DNA from: Dictyostelium discoideum
Lineage: Eukaryota
DNA length: 64,000 bases
Reading direction: 5' to 3'
Assembly (NCBI GenBank): GCA_000004695.1
Contig: CM000150.2
Span: 3,168,001-3,232,000 of the forward strand
Part shown: piece after piece, positions 37,382 to 57,361 of the stretch
Layout of the letters: each line of letters opens with the position of its first letter
Position numbering within the stretch: the stretch's first letter is position 1
Notes under the pieces: generated by a model
The model's database searches: none
Told to the model about the DNA's origin: nothing
Seen by the model: only the letters and a program-made list of their open reading frames with translations
Position numbers and translations under genes: made by a program

Positions 37382-38294
37382 TTAATAAGTTTTATGTGGG
37401 TGAATATTTTCAATAATACCATCGAAAGTTCTCTTTTTAACAATTTCTGGTGTAGTATCATAAGGACCTTCAACATTATCACGTCTCCATTTTTTAAAAT
37501 TAGCTGAAAGATCTGGTTTTGCAATGATTGAATTTGATATTTTTGAAACTCTTTCTCTAGCACCATCAACTAATTGAAATCTAACTTTACATGGTACACT
37601 AATAATAAATATTGAATAATGAATATTAGTATATGAAATTTTCACTTTAATCATTAACAATAATTGCTCTATTTCATATTTAAATCCTCAACCACAATAA
37701 TATTACAATAATAAATAAAATAGTAATAATCATAACAAAATAATTACTATTATTATTATTTTTATAATTATTATTGATAATAATAATGACTATTATTATT
37801 ATTATTGATAATAATGATTATTATTATTATTATTGAAGATTTCGAAACCATATTAAAAATGATATGATATTTACTTGTATTTTGGATCTATATGTGAAAT
37901 ATTTGAATAATGAATTGGTGCTTCTTTTGTATATGCCATTGCTTTACTTCTTTTATTTGGTTTAGTTAATTTTTTTAATAATTTCAAACCTTCAACAATT
38001 AAATTACTATCTTTCTTATTAACTGATTTAATTATACCTTGTTTACCTTTATCTTTACCTGAAATGATTTGAACCTGTTATTTTTTGTTTTTTTATTTAT
38101 TTATTTTTTTTAAAAAAAAAAATATTAGAAAATGATTACTATAAAAAAAAAATAAATATTTCCTAATATTTGATGAAAATGCTGAAATTGGGAATTTTCT
38201 ATTATAAATTACACACTTTATCACCTTTAACATATTTCCATTTTGGAATTAAAAAAATTCCTTCTTTAAATGTTCTACCACCAAATAATGACAT
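37382..38294 (-). CDS. Mitochondrial ribosomal protein L24 (uL24 family, KOW domain)
   Basis: Minus strand, 3 exons. Exon 1 is 38217..38294 (MSLFGGRTFKEGIFLIPKWKYVKGDK). Exon 2 is 37875..38074 (VQIISGKDKGKQGIIKSVNKKDSNLIVEGLKLLKKLTKPNKRSKAMAYTKEAPIHYSNISHIDPKY-). Exon 3 is 37382..37598 (NVPCKVRFQLVDGARERVSKISNSIIAKPDL...). Donors are GTGTGT and GTAAAT, and phases are compatible. The motif KGDKVQIISGKDKGKQG...N.IVEG.N...K...P....GGI.E.EAPIH.SNV is diagnostic of bacterial/organellar L24. Confidence 0.75.
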
Positions 38295-38738
38295 TTTTTT
38301 TTTTTTTTTCAAAAAACTTTATTTTTTCCTTTTATAAAAAAAAAAAAAAATAACAAAACAAAACAAAAAAAAACAAAATTAACTATATTTAATGAAATCA
38401 ATCAAAAAAAAAAAAAAAAAAAAAAAGTATTGATGCTGAATATGAAAAACTTGAAAAAAAAAAAAAAATAAATAAATAAAAAAAAAAAAATAAAAAAAAA
38501 AAAAAATAAATTTTTTTTTTTTTTTTTATAAAAAAGAAACGAGTCGGTTTCACTCACTGTTTTTTTTATTTTTTTTTTTTTTTTTTTTTTTTCATTACTA
38601 CCATTTTCCAAAATTAAGCAACAACAATACGTCAAATTAAACTATCGATTTTAGTTTACTATTTAAATAACAAAAAATAAATAAATAAACAATAAATAAA
38701 TAAATAAATAAAAAAATCATATATAAATTTGTCAAAAA

Positions 38739-39267
38739 ATGCAATCAGATGATATTATTTGGGATGTTATAAATAAGAATTTCTGTTCTTTTAAAACAAC
38801 GTATGTTTTTTTTTTTATTTTTATTAACATATTACTTAATATATTATTTTTTTTACAATATATCTAAATTTAACATAATATTAACTTTTTTTTTTTTTTT
38901 TTTTTTTTTTCAGATTTAATAAAACTAAATTTTGTAAAAATGAATATAATGTAACTGGTGTTTGTAATAAAGTATCATGTCCATTAGCAAATAGTAGATA
39001 TGCAACAGTACGTGAAGAAGAAGGTGTATGTTATTTATATATGAAAACAGTTGAAAGAGCTCATACTCCAAATAGACTTTGGGAAAAGATTAAATTGGAT
39101 CCAAATTTCATGAAAGCAATAGAACAAATCGATAGTCATTTAGAATTTTGGCCAGGTCATATGAGTCATAGAGTTAAACAAAGATATATTAGAATTACAC
39201 AATATTTAATTAGAATGAGAAAAATGAGAAAACAAATCAAGTATGTTTAATTTAATATTTTAAATTT

Positions 39268-39298
<31 letters not shown>

Positions 39299-39786
39299 CT
39301 AACATACACACTATTATTTATTATTATTATAGACGTGAATTAGTACCAATTAAAAAGAAAGCAGAAAGAAGAGATGCAACTCGTGAGAATAAAGCATTGA
39401 TTGCAGCTCATTTAACTACAAATATTAAGAAAGAATTATTAGAGAGATTGAATAAGGGTACTTATGCTGATATGCATTATTTCCCAGAAGATATTATTAA
39501 TAATGTTTTGGAGAAAGAAGGTGAAGCCGATCAATTCAGTGAAGAAGAAGCTGATGAAAATGAAGAAGAAGGTGAAGAAGAAATGGAAGAAGAATTTGAA
39601 GATGATATCGATGATATTGAAGATGCTGGTGGTGCTTTCGAATATGTCGAGGGTGATGATGATGAAGATGATATTGATGATGAATGTAAGTTTTTTTTTA
39701 TATTTTTTACTAATTATATAAATATAAAAAAAAAAAAAAAAAAAAAAAATCTTGGAAATTTTTTTTCTATTTTTGGATTTATTTCT

Positions 39787-39818
<32 letters not shown>

Positions 39819-39940
39819 CAGACGAAAATGAACCATACCAAGATGATGATGAAGAAGATGATGATGATGATGATGATGATGACGAAGAAGTTAAACCACA
39901 AATTACAAAGAAGAGAGGTCCAACCTTCAAACCAACCAGT

Positions 39941-39973
<33 letters not shown>

Positions 39974-40141
39974 TTTAAAAAAAAAAATATATACTAATTA
40001 ATTATTTATTTATTTATTTATTTATTTTTAAAATTTATTTCTAATTTTTTTTTAAAAAATAAAAAAAAAGAAAAAACACCACAAAAACGTGTACATATGG
40101 AAGTCGAAATCGAAGAAGAAACCGAAAACCAAGCAAATTAA
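38739..40141 (+). CDS. MAK16 homolog (60S ribosomal subunit biogenesis protein), 5 exons
   Basis: Exons are 38739..38800, 38914..39240, 39333..39685, 39822..39938 and 40071..40141. Donors are GTATGT, GTATGT, GTAAGT and GTAAGT, and all phases are compatible. The protein begins [82 protein letters not shown].... This is the conserved Mak16 Cys-rich N-terminal domain, followed by an acidic D/E stretch and a basic C-terminus ([23 protein letters not shown]). The last small exon has alternative acceptors in an A-rich region. Confidence 0.85.
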
Positions 40142-40427
40142 AGAAATTCTTAATTCTGGCAAAGATAATAATAAAAATCCAAATAATGTTAAAAATAACA
40201 ATTTCAACTCCAAAAATAATCTCAATATTCAACACCCCAATAAAAAAAAAAAAAAAATTAAAATCAAAACTTTTGTTTTTTTTTATTTTATTTTTTATTT
40301 TATTTTTTATTTTATTTTTTTTTTTATTTTATTTTTTTTTTTTTGTGTTTTTACGATAATTCTGCGTTTTTTTTTTTTTTTCAAATCAACAAAAAAAATA
40401 ATAAAAAAAAATAAAAAAAATAAAAAA

Positions 40428-40465
<38 letters not shown>

Positions 40466-40931
40466 ACCCTTGCTTTTTTTTTTTTTTGAATTCATTTTGG
40501 AACTTTTCCCTTCCCACTCAAAAAAACAATAAATAGACACACTCTAGTGATTATATAATTAGCGTGTATTTATAACATTGTAATTTTTTGGGTATGATCT
40601 TTAAAATATTAATTTAGAAAAAAAATAAAAATAATAATAAAAATAAAAATAGAGTTTTTAAAACTATATAATTATATATTTCCTACACCCTAAAAGAAGA
40701 AATAATAAAAAAAAAAAAAAAATAATAATTTTTTTTTTTTTTTTTTTTACCAAATTTGAGAAAACTAAACAATTTTAAATTAACTAAATTCCCTTCTTTT
40801 TTTTTTTTATTATCTCTTATATTTATAATTTACTCCTTGGTGCTTTTTTTTTTTACTGATGCTTTCTTTGTGCCAATTATTTGATATGTATTGGGCAATC
40901 TATCGAATTTTTTTTTGAAAATTATTAATAT

Positions 40932-40968
<37 letters not shown>

Positions 40969-41614
40969 TACCATTTTACTTACCTTCACCCCAACATTTC
41001 ACGATATTTTCATAAAAACCCATTTTTTAATTATCAAAAAAAAAATATCTTTTTTTTTTTTTAAACAATTTTTTTTTTTTTGTTTTAAAAATATTTTCCT
41101 TCATTCAATTTCAAAAAAAAAAAAAAAAAAACAAAAACAAAACAAAAAAAAAAAAATAATACACCATTTATTTTTTATTTTTTTTTTTTTTTGTTTTGTT
41201 TATTTTATTTGTTTTTTATATTCTTTATCTCCTTTCTATCTATTATTTTTTTATTTTATTTATTTTTAAAAAAAAAAAAATAGAAAATAATTTTAAAAAT
41301 ACTATCCTTAATAATTTTCATTTCAACACCAAAACCGACTTTAAAACCTTTCTATTCTGAAAGTTTTAATGTTATTCTTTAGTACCTTTAAATTCATTTA
41401 GGACAAAATCGAGTTTTCTTTTATTTCTTTCTCTCTCGTTAAAAAGTATAGTCAACGTTTACACGTTAAAGAATACCACAAACCCCTTCTTAATTTAAAT
41501 TTTCATCTAAAATAGTTTTTAATAATTTCCAAATCCACACACCCTCTTCCAAATAATATCTTTTAAAAAATTTCCAAAAAAAAAAAATTCCAAAAATTTC
41601 CAAAAAAAAAAAAA

Positions 41615-44770
<3,156 letters not shown>

Positions 44771-44846
44771 AAAAAAAAAAAAAAAAAAAAATGGAAAAAA
44801 AAAGAAAGAAAAAAGGTGGAAAAAAAAAAATGTAGATAATATTATG

Positions 44847-44881
<35 letters not shown>

Positions 44882-45897
44882 TTTTTTTTTGTGTAAAAAT
44901 AGTAAATAAAAAAAAATCAATAATATAAATAACTTTTATGATAATAAAATCAAGTCTTTTTTTTTGTTTTTTTTATTTGATAACAATTTTATTTTTTTAT
45001 TTTTTATTTTAATTAAGGTGTGGAACATTTGAAAATTCAAATCACTAATTAATATCACCTGAAGAAGCGTTCTGTGGGATAAAAATAAAATTTAAAAAAA
45101 ATCAAAAAAAATCAAAAAAAAAAAAATCAAAAAAAATAAAATAAAATAGGTACGAAAAAAAAAAAAAAAAATAACAACAAAGAATTTTTTTTCATTTTTT
45201 TTTTTATTTTCACTTTTTTTTTTTTTTCTAACCACAGAAAATTAAAATAAAAACATAACTATATATACATAAATATTAAATATTTAACATATATATTTTT
45301 TGTAAATAATAAAAAAAAAAAAAAAACACAAAAAATAAAAAAAAAAAATAAAAAAAAAAAAATAAAAAAAACATATATAAAAAATTATACATATTTTAAT
45401 AACTGTAAAGATTTTTGGTTTGATTATTAATTTAATTTAAACAAGATCCTTTTGTAGTCTAAAATAAAATAAAATAAATAAATAAATAGATAATTAAATT
45501 AATAATAAAATAAATAAGTTTAGGTAATTTTTTTAAATTTTTAAAAAAAAAAAAAAAATTAAAGGTAACACATGTGATAAATTAGAAATTTTTATTAAGT
45601 CTTCATAATATCACCAAATTCCCCATCATAACCAAGTGGTGGTGAATATGGGGGAAATATTTTTTTAAAAAAAAAAAAAAAATAAAAAAAACATAAAAAT
45701 TTTATTTTTATAAAAAAAAAAAAAAAATAAAAAAAAAAACATATCACAATAACTGAAACACTTCTAACTACCATAATAATAAATTTTTATTTTTTATAAA
45801 TCAATTTACAAAAAAACCACCCCCTCCCCCTTTCCCCCACTGCCAAATTAAATAATAATAAATTAAAAAAATAAAAAAATAAAATTAAAATAATAAG

Positions 45898-45940
<43 letters not shown>

Positions 45941-46636
45941 AACAATTAGTCTCAACTTTAGATTTTGATTTTTTATTAAATTAAATCATATTTATATAGT
46001 TAATAAATACTATCGCATAAATATAGTCAAATTATTATTTGTTTTTTTTTTTATAAAAAATTATAATAATAATATTTATTTGATAAATTTTTTTTTTTTT
46101 TCTTTTTCCAGCATTCTTTTTTCCATTTTTCCTTTTTTCTTTTTTTATATATAAAAAATCACTCCTATTTTCTTTTTGTTTTTTAAAAAAATAAAATAAA
46201 AAATCTTTAATTAGTGATTATAGTAGACCTAAATTCAAAGTAAATAATAAAAACAACCACTTACCATTTTTCCCCTTTTCCCCAATATTCCCAACCTCAT
46301 AGAAAAAAAAAAAAAAAAAAAAAAAAATTCACACACACATTCCACATTTTTTTCCTTTTTAATTTAATCTATAGATATTATAGACAAATAAATATTTAAT
46401 AATAATAAATAGCAATATTTCTGCATATATTTTATTTTTTTAAAAAATTTTTAATTTAATTTGTTTTTTTGTTTTTTTTTATTTTTTTTTTTATTTTTCT
46501 TTAAAAAATATTTAAACACTAACTTTTTTTTCATTTTCATTTTTCTTTTATTTATAAAATCATTTATAGAATCAAATAATAATAATATCAAAGTATAAAT
46601 ATAATAAATATAATAAATATAATAAATATAATATAA

Positions 46637-46683
<47 letters not shown>

Positions 46684-46707
46684 ATTTATTTCTTTCAAAA
46701 ATATATA

Positions 46708-46782
<75 letters not shown>

Positions 46783-46844
46783 ACAAATAAATCGATTAAA
46801 TAATTTCTATTTTTAAAAAAAATAGAAAGAAATAAAATAAAAAA

Positions 46845-48901
<2,057 letters not shown>

Positions 48902-49077
48902 TATTTGATGTTGTTATTGTTTTTGTTAATATATTTCCTTTGATTGTTGTATTTAGGATACAATGATTTAATATAGTAACAATATAGTAATAATAAAAAA
49001 AAAATAAAAAAAAAAAATAAAAATAAAACCATATAAACCTTTTTTTTTCTTTTGTTTTCTACAAATTTAAGTAAACT

Positions 49078-49297
49078 TTACTTTATTAATATTAATTCTG
49101 CATTGCTATAATTTAATATGTAACCTAGATAACTTAAAACCTTTTCTTTTGTTTCAATTGGTAGTGGACTAGAATTTGAAGAATTAAAAAGTACATAGCT
49201 AAAAGGTTTTTGTAAATTTTCTATTGATGAGTTTTGGTCTATTTCTGAATTTGAGGTTGCTGTTTTTGTATTTGGTGATATCGTTTTATTATTATTA

Positions 49298-49335
<38 letters not shown>

Positions 49336-49587
49336 TTCAAGATCTGATTTAATCTTTATTTGATTCATATTTTTTAAAATGAACCAATGTCTTGCCTCAT
49401 AGAGTGAAAATATTCTAAATGAAATTGTGTTTATTAAAATACCATGTATTTCATCTAAATTCAAATCTTCAATTTTTTCTCTTTTATCAAACCATTGTAT
49501 ATCATATCCATTGCTAGTTAGGGCTTTTACTAATACATTTGCATCATAATCACCAAGACCTCTAATATTTAAATATTAAAAATGATG

Positions 49588-49681
<94 letters not shown>

Positions 49682-49803
49682 CAAAATAAAACAAAATAAA
49701 ACAAATAAAATAAAATAAAAAAACTTATTATTACATACAATACACTTTTATGTGGGTTAATAAATCTATTGGTTATATCAATTTCATATGCTATATCATT
49801 CAT
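49078..49803 (-). CDS. Hypothetical protein, 2 exons (roadblock/longin-like small alpha/beta protein?)
   Basis: Minus strand. Exon 1 is 49739..49803 (MNDIAYEIDITNRFINPHKSVL), with a GTATGT donor. The intron is 49562..49738 and contains (AAT)n. Exon 2 is 49078..49561 (GLGDYDANVLVKALTSNGYDIQWFDKREKIEDLNLDEIHGILINTISFRIFSLYEARHWFILKN...poly-N...VLSYLGYILNYSNAELILIK). Phases are compatible. There is no confident family assignment. Confidence 0.55.
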
Positions 49804-50129
49804 ATCCTTTTGTGTAAACTTTTGATATTGAAACTATTTTTAAAATTTTTTAATTATTTTTGTTTATTATATAGATTAATGGTAAGAATTAATATATGAT
49901 GAATTTGAGTTATTCATTTATGAGGCAACTACATACAAAATTATTTAAAGAATGAAGTCCACACAGTTTTTTCCTTTGCCTCTCAAAGTAAAGTTCAGTT
50001 GGTTGAGTTTCTTTTTTCTTTTTTTTATTACTATTTGACATTTATTAATATATCTATATTTTATTATATATGTATATATGTGGATTTTGCTAATGTGAAT
50101 ATTTAATTTGAAATTTTTCACACAATATG

Positions 50130-50174
<45 letters not shown>

Positions 50175-50332
50175 AAAAAATAATTTTTTATTTTTTTATT
50201 TAAATTAATTATTTTATTAGTGATAGATATTTGTTTACATTATCAAGATTATTTCATTTTAAATTATTTTTCTAAGAATTCAAAAAAACTTTAATTCAAC
50301 ATTGTTTATATTACAAAAATTGATAAAAAAAA

Positions 50333-50336
50333 TGAA

Positions 50337-50367
<31 letters not shown>

Positions 50368-50372
50368 ATGAA

Positions 50373-50466
<94 letters not shown>
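50333..50466. repeat. (AAAT)~33 tetranucleotide microsatellite
   Basis: The aaataaat unit is repeated perfectly. A related (AAAT)n block occurs at 46595-46790, upstream of the TauE-like gene. Confidence 0.85.
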
Positions 50467-50468
<2 letters not shown>

Positions 50469-50680
50469 AAAAAAACAAAATAAAAAAATAAAAAAACAAA
50501 AATAAAAATAAAAAATAAAAAAATAAATACAGAATTTTAATTTATTGGTGTGGGAATTGAAATATTTAGTAAAATTAAATTTAATGAATAAAAACATAAT
50601 TTTTTTTAATTTTTTTTTTTTTTTTTTTTTAATTTCAAGTTCAACACTGTGTTAACATTTAGTTTATAATTCAAATACAA

Positions 50681-51264
50681 ATGTCAGAACCATATAAGCC
50701 ATCTACATTAAAACATGGAGAGGTAATTAAAAATTTAATTTTTATAAAAAAAAAAAAAAAAAAATTAACATATCATTTTTAAAATAATAAAGGAACTATG
50801 CCAAGAATTGGCATCAAACAATTCAATTGATTCAGTTGGTATTTTGGATGATGAAGGAAATACTATCGCATCAAAAGGATTTAATATTACACCACAAGAA
50901 TTCAAAGATATTAAATACATTTTAATAAATGATAAACCAGATTATAAATTGGGAACAATTACCATCAACAATGTGACATATAATGAATTAACAAAGTATA
51001 GTGATGGCCTATATTATGCAAAAGCTGGAGAAACTGGTTGTGTAATTGCTAAAAATGTAAATATTCATCCATTTATTTATTTAAAATACTTGTTAAAAAT
51101 ATTTTTTATTAAAACAAGTTCTTTTATTTATTTATTTATTTTCTTTTTAAAAGATTAAATCTCTTATTGTAGCTACATTACATTGTAAACACACATCTTC
51201 TTTATTTGACGCATGTGAAAAAATAAAATCGACATCTCAATTTATTAAGTTTGATGGATATTAA
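50681..51264 (+). CDS. Small profilin-like protein, 3 exons (tentative)
   Basis: Exon 1 is ~50681..50722 (MSEPYKPSTLKHGE), with a GTAATT donor. Exon 2 is ~50793..51056 (ELCQELASNNSIDSVGILDDEGNTIASKGFNITPQEFKDIKYILINDKPDYKLGTITINNVTYNELTKYSDGLYYAKAGETGCVIAKN), with a GTAAAT donor. Exon 3 is ~51154..51264 (IKSLIVATLHCKHTSSLFDACEKIKSTSQFIKFDGY*). The KxGxTGCV...IIV block and the ...GY C-terminus resemble profilins, but the N-terminus does not. Coordinates are +/-1. Confidence 0.4.
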
Positions 51265-51377
51265 ACAATGATATAAAAATTGTCACTTTAAATTTCTTTA
51301 AATAAAAAATTTTATTTTAATTATTAAAAACAATTATTTGAACTTCAAATTATTTGAATTTGAATTTTTTTTTTTTT

Positions 51378-51480
51378 GAATTGGATAACGCAATTATTAG
51401 TTGCTTCTCCTTGAGATGCTAGATCTCATTTTATTTTTAGTTTTTTTTTTTTTTTACAGGGTCTCTAAAAGAGGGGTTAC

Positions 51481-51521
<41 letters not shown>

Positions 51522-51814
51522 TTTCGAATTTTGAATTGTATTATTACTTTTGATTAAAACATCTTTTTTGTCCAAACTTTTTTCTAAATCTTTTTTTATT
51601 TTATCGTCTGGTTGGTGATTGATGTTTATGACGTATTTGAATTGTTTTTTTTTTAATTGAGTTTTATCCACAATTTCGCTTATTTTTTGTAGGCATTTGT
51701 GTTGCTTAATATTTGTGGTGTTGTTTGTGATTTTCATCTTATTTTCTTTCTATTTTTTTTATTTTTCTTTAAAAAGTTAAAAATCTGGAAATTTTCTGAT
51801 TGACTTGGGTTCCC

Positions 51815-51881
<67 letters not shown>

Positions 51882-52701
51882 TTATTTATAGAAAGTACTG
51901 AGTGAATTATTGTATTTTTTGAGATGTTTAGGAAGTTCTATTGCGTGAAGAGGTGAGTTCCATTGTCTGCTAAATTGTAATAGCTTCAGCGAGATTAGTG
52001 AGTCTAATTTATTTTGTTCTTCTGGCCGTTGCTTTGATTTGATTCTTAATGTTTTGTCTATAACCGCTTGTGTCCTGTCCCATGCAGCTCTTTGTGTTTT
52101 AATTAGTTCACGTATGACTTGTTGTCTGTGAATTATTATTTCTTTTTCATCGTGAACGAGTTTGTTTCTTTTGTGCCAAATTTTTTCGAATATAATAGCT
52201 ATTAAATTGGCTACTAGTGCAATTTGTAGATGGTTTAAAATCTTCACATTCCAGGTGTGAGTGGTGTGTCCACACTTAGTTAGGGTGTAGTTGAAGATTT
52301 CTTGTGTGTTTTTGATGTGGGCTTTGCAGTTGAAGAATATATGTTCTGAAGTCTCATCTTCCCCACACTTTCATGAATTCGATTTTTTTTTTTTTGAATA
52401 ACGCAATTATTATTTGCTTCTCCTTGAGATGCTAGATCTCATTTTATTTTTTTTTTTTTTTACAGGGTCTTTTTGATTAAAACATCTTTTTTGTCCAAAC
52501 TTTTTTCTAAATCTTTTTTTATTTTATCGTCTGGTTCGTGATTGATGTTTATGACGTATTTGAATTGTTTTTTTTTTAATTGAGTTTTATCCACAATTTC
52601 GCTTATTTTTTGTAGGCATTTGTGTTGCTTAATATTTGTGGTGTTGTTTGTGATTTTCATTTTATTTTCTTTCTATCTTTTTTATTTTTCTGATTAACTT
52701 G

Positions 52702-52760
<59 letters not shown>

Positions 52761-54465
52761 TTATAGAAAGTACTGAGTGAATTATTGTATTTTTTGAGAT
52801 GTTTAGGAAGTTCTATTACGGGTGTTGATGATGATTTGTGACACCCCTTGTCCTGTTTTATCAATTGGTGCGTGGTGTGTTATTTTGTTTTTATATTGTT
52901 GATTTATTGAGTAAATTTTATTTGTTTTTATATTTGTTTCAGTTAGAAGTGCTGCGTCCAGCTTGTTGTTGTCTAAAACGGTGTTTATTATGCTGGCAGA
53001 TTGGATGGTGTTGGATCCTTGGACGTTCCAAACACCTATTCTTATTGTGTTTTTCTTTATAGTTTTATTTGGGGTAGATTTTTATCTACCTTTTGAAGTT
53101 TCTGGTTTATTTTGTCTTCTAACTGATCTTTACTTTGTTCGTTGTGTTGTTGGTCTTGTGTGTTTGTGGGGTTTTTTGATTTATTGATTTGTTTTAGAAT
53201 TTCCTTGTTGAAGTTGTCTATATCTTCATCCATTTTTGTTTTTATGCTTTTTTGTCCATATTCACCCAATTTTGGTTTGACTGGTGTTTTGTTGGTCTTG
53301 TTTGTTTTGTCTTGTTGTTTCTTTTTTGGTGTGTTTAACAATTTACTTGGTGAATCGATAATTTTCGATGGTGTACCATAGGTTGGGCTGAAACTCATGA
53401 TATGTTTTATTGGAGAGGAGAAGAACCATTGATTTGAAGGGATTGAAAGTGGGAATTCTATTTTTCTTATTGCATCAGTGTTTGGGCTGGTGAAGTCGAA
53501 GATATCATTTGCCTCTCTAAGTTTTTCTTCCGTTGTTAGTCCCTTTGTTTCGCCGTGTTGTTTTATTGGTGTATTGTATGGAGATGGTGGTTCGATAGGT
53601 TTTTCTGATTTTGTTTTAATTTCTTGATTGTTTATCGATTGTGTATTGATCTCATTCTCTATTCTTGTTAGTTCATCTACGTTTTCTAGTGATGCTTCTA
53701 TTACCTTTTGAGCTGTATCATCTAGGGCCATAAATGTTTTATCATTAGATGAGGATGTGATTGGTGGGATAATGATTGTTCTTTTTCCTTGTTTGGTATT
53801 TGTTCTGATGTAGAGTGTGGTTGTTGTTCATCTGATTGTTTTTTATTTTTGTTTTCTTCTTGATTTTCTGGTAATGAGGTTTGATCTCTCCATCCTTTGT
53901 TGGAGTGTCCAATTAATGTTAGATTGTCTAGTTCAATGATAGTGTCAAATTCTTCTACGACTCTTTTCACTGTTTTGATAATTAGAGTTTCGCCTTTAAT
54001 TTCTGATTTAATTAGTTTACATCCTTCATTTTCTATTACCCATTCTATTTCTGTGAGTGATTTATACCAATCAAAATCTGTATACATATTTTTTGGTCTT
54101 ATAGTGGTTATAAATTGTCCTTTTAATTCTGCATCAAACATATTTACAAAATAGATTACTGTACTAATACTGTCTGTGAGAATTTTGAATGTATTATTAC
54201 TTTTGATTAAAACATCTTTTTTGTCCAAACTTTTTTCTAAATCTTTTTTTATTTTATCGTCTGGTTCGTGATTGATGTTTATGACGTATTTGAATTGTTT
54301 TTTTTTTAATTGAGTTTTATCCACAATTTCGCTTATTTTTTGTAGGCATTTGTGTTGCTTAATATTTGTGGTGTTGTTTGTGATTTTCATTTTATTTTCT
54401 TTCTATCTTTTTTATTTTTCTTTAAAAAGTTAAAAATCTGGAAATTTTCTAATTAACTTGGTTCC

Positions 54466-54510
<45 letters not shown>

Positions 54511-54787
54511 TCTTTTTTATATGAAAAATGAAATAATCAAAAAAAGAGATTGTTGTTGTTGTTTGTTTTTTTCGATCTGATTATTTTTTGCTTTTTTTTT
54601 GAAAATTTTGCTACGCAAAATTCTCAAAACGAAACAAATAATAAATTACAATAAAGTAAAAAGATGGCTTTTTAAAATAGTTTATTTATTTATTTATTTG
54701 TTTTTTAAGTCTTTTTTATATGAAAAATGAAATAATCAAAAAAAGAGATTGTTGTTGTTGTTTGTTTTTTTTCATGAATTCGATTTT
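51378..54787 (-). mobile_element. Nest of TRE5-type (tRNA-gene-targeted, non-LTR/L1-like) retrotransposon copies and fragments, all in minus orientation, ending ~32 bp upstream of tRNA-Thr
   Basis: This region is not AT-rich. The same ORF1 5' segment (MKITNNTTNIKQHKCLQKISEIVDKTQLKKKQFKYVININH...) occurs three times: at 51477..51737 and 52460..52660 (both truncated) and at 53722..54390 (full, continuing in 53057..53731). Each copy is preceded by the same ~75-bp 5' leader. Four poly(A) tails appear as T-runs on the plus strand at 51486-51520, 51819-51879, 52704-52758 and 54470-54507, each abutting a retroelement 3' end. One of these 3' ends is ...gaagttctattacg/ctataaataaa. An ORF2 C-terminal fragment lies at 51882..52380. 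An 18-nt boundary sequence tttcatgaattcgatttt recurs at 52371 and 54770. The position ~30-50 bp upstream of a tRNA gene is characteristic of TRE5-A. Confidence 0.6.
53057..54390 (-). CDS. TRE5-type retrotransposon ORF1 (full length, two overlapping frames, meaning a frameshift or sequencing/decay lesion near 53722-53731)
   Basis: Track ORFs 53722..54390 (222 aa, MKITNNTT...) and 53057..53731 (224 aa) are adjacent in different frames. Together they make ~445 aa, typical of the ORF1 protein of a Dictyostelium TRE5 element. A truncated ORF2 and a 3' module follow downstream at 52760-53056. Confidence 0.5.
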
Positions 54788-54818
54788 ATTCCCTGTTGAA
54801 TTAATTAATTTCCAAAAT

Positions 54819-54889
54819 GGCTCCTTAGCATAGTGGTATTGCGCTTCCCTAGTAAGGAAGAGGTCATGAGTTCGATCCTCATAGGAGCC
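54819..54889 (+). tRNA. tRNA-Thr (anticodon AGU)
   Basis: The sequence GGCTCCTTAGCATAGTGGTATTGCGCTTCCCTAGTAAGGAAGAGGTCATGAGTTCGATCCTCATAGGAGCC folds as a cloverleaf. The acceptor stem GGCTCCT/AGGAGCC has 7 bp. The anticodon stem is CTTCC/GGAAG, with loop CTAGTAA (anticodon AGT). The T-arm is ATGAG-TTCGATC-CTCAT. A-box (TAGCATAGTGG) and B-box (GGTTCGATCC) promoters are present. Confidence 0.85.
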
Positions 54890-54924
54890 TTTTATATAAA
54901 TATAAATCTGAACCATATATCGCA

Positions 54925-54935
54925 GGTTCGATTCT
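54925..54935 (+). promoter_or_regulatory. Extra B-box (ex-B) downstream of tRNA-Thr
   Basis: GGTTCGATTC lies ~36 bp downstream of the tRNA 3' end. It matches the B-box consensus GGTTCGAATCC. Dictyostelium tRNA genes commonly carry such an external B box. Confidence 0.5.
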
Positions 54936-55231
54936 TTTCCGAGGTAATCGAGAAGATTTTGCAAGATTCTAAATCACTTCTATCTTGATGGGTTTTTCAT
55001 TTATTTTAATATTAAAAAAAAAAAAAGATATAGATGTATATTCGATGCAAATGCATTTTTTATCTTTAAAGGGAATAAATTTTAAAAAATAAATAAAAAA
55101 TTATAGGATGTATAAAGAATAGAAAATTTCCTTCTTTTTTTTTCATTTACATGAATTTTATTTTAACTTATAACACACAAGCATTATAAATGCGAACATA
55201 ATTTCTTTCTTTTTTTTTCATTTTTACCATT

Positions 55232-57262
<2,031 letters not shown>

Positions 57263-57361
57263 TGTTATAATTATTAAATATTTTTATTAGTATTAGTATT
57301 ATTATTATTGTTACTTTACAATAATTTGTATTTTTTTTTATTTTATTTTTTTTTATTTTTT

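Noticed and set aside
39439-39930. Minus-strand 163-aa ORF with poly-Ser, and plus ORFs 39464..39721 / 39752..39997
   Set aside because: They overlap the MAK16 acidic (GAA/GAT)n exon and A/T-run introns. MAK16 splicing explains the region.
51882-52380. 121-aa minus ORF (GTG start) as a cellular gene
   Set aside because: It is flanked by a retroelement 3' module plus poly(A) on one side and a truncated ORF1 on the other. It is best explained as a C-terminal fragment of a TRE5 ORF2.
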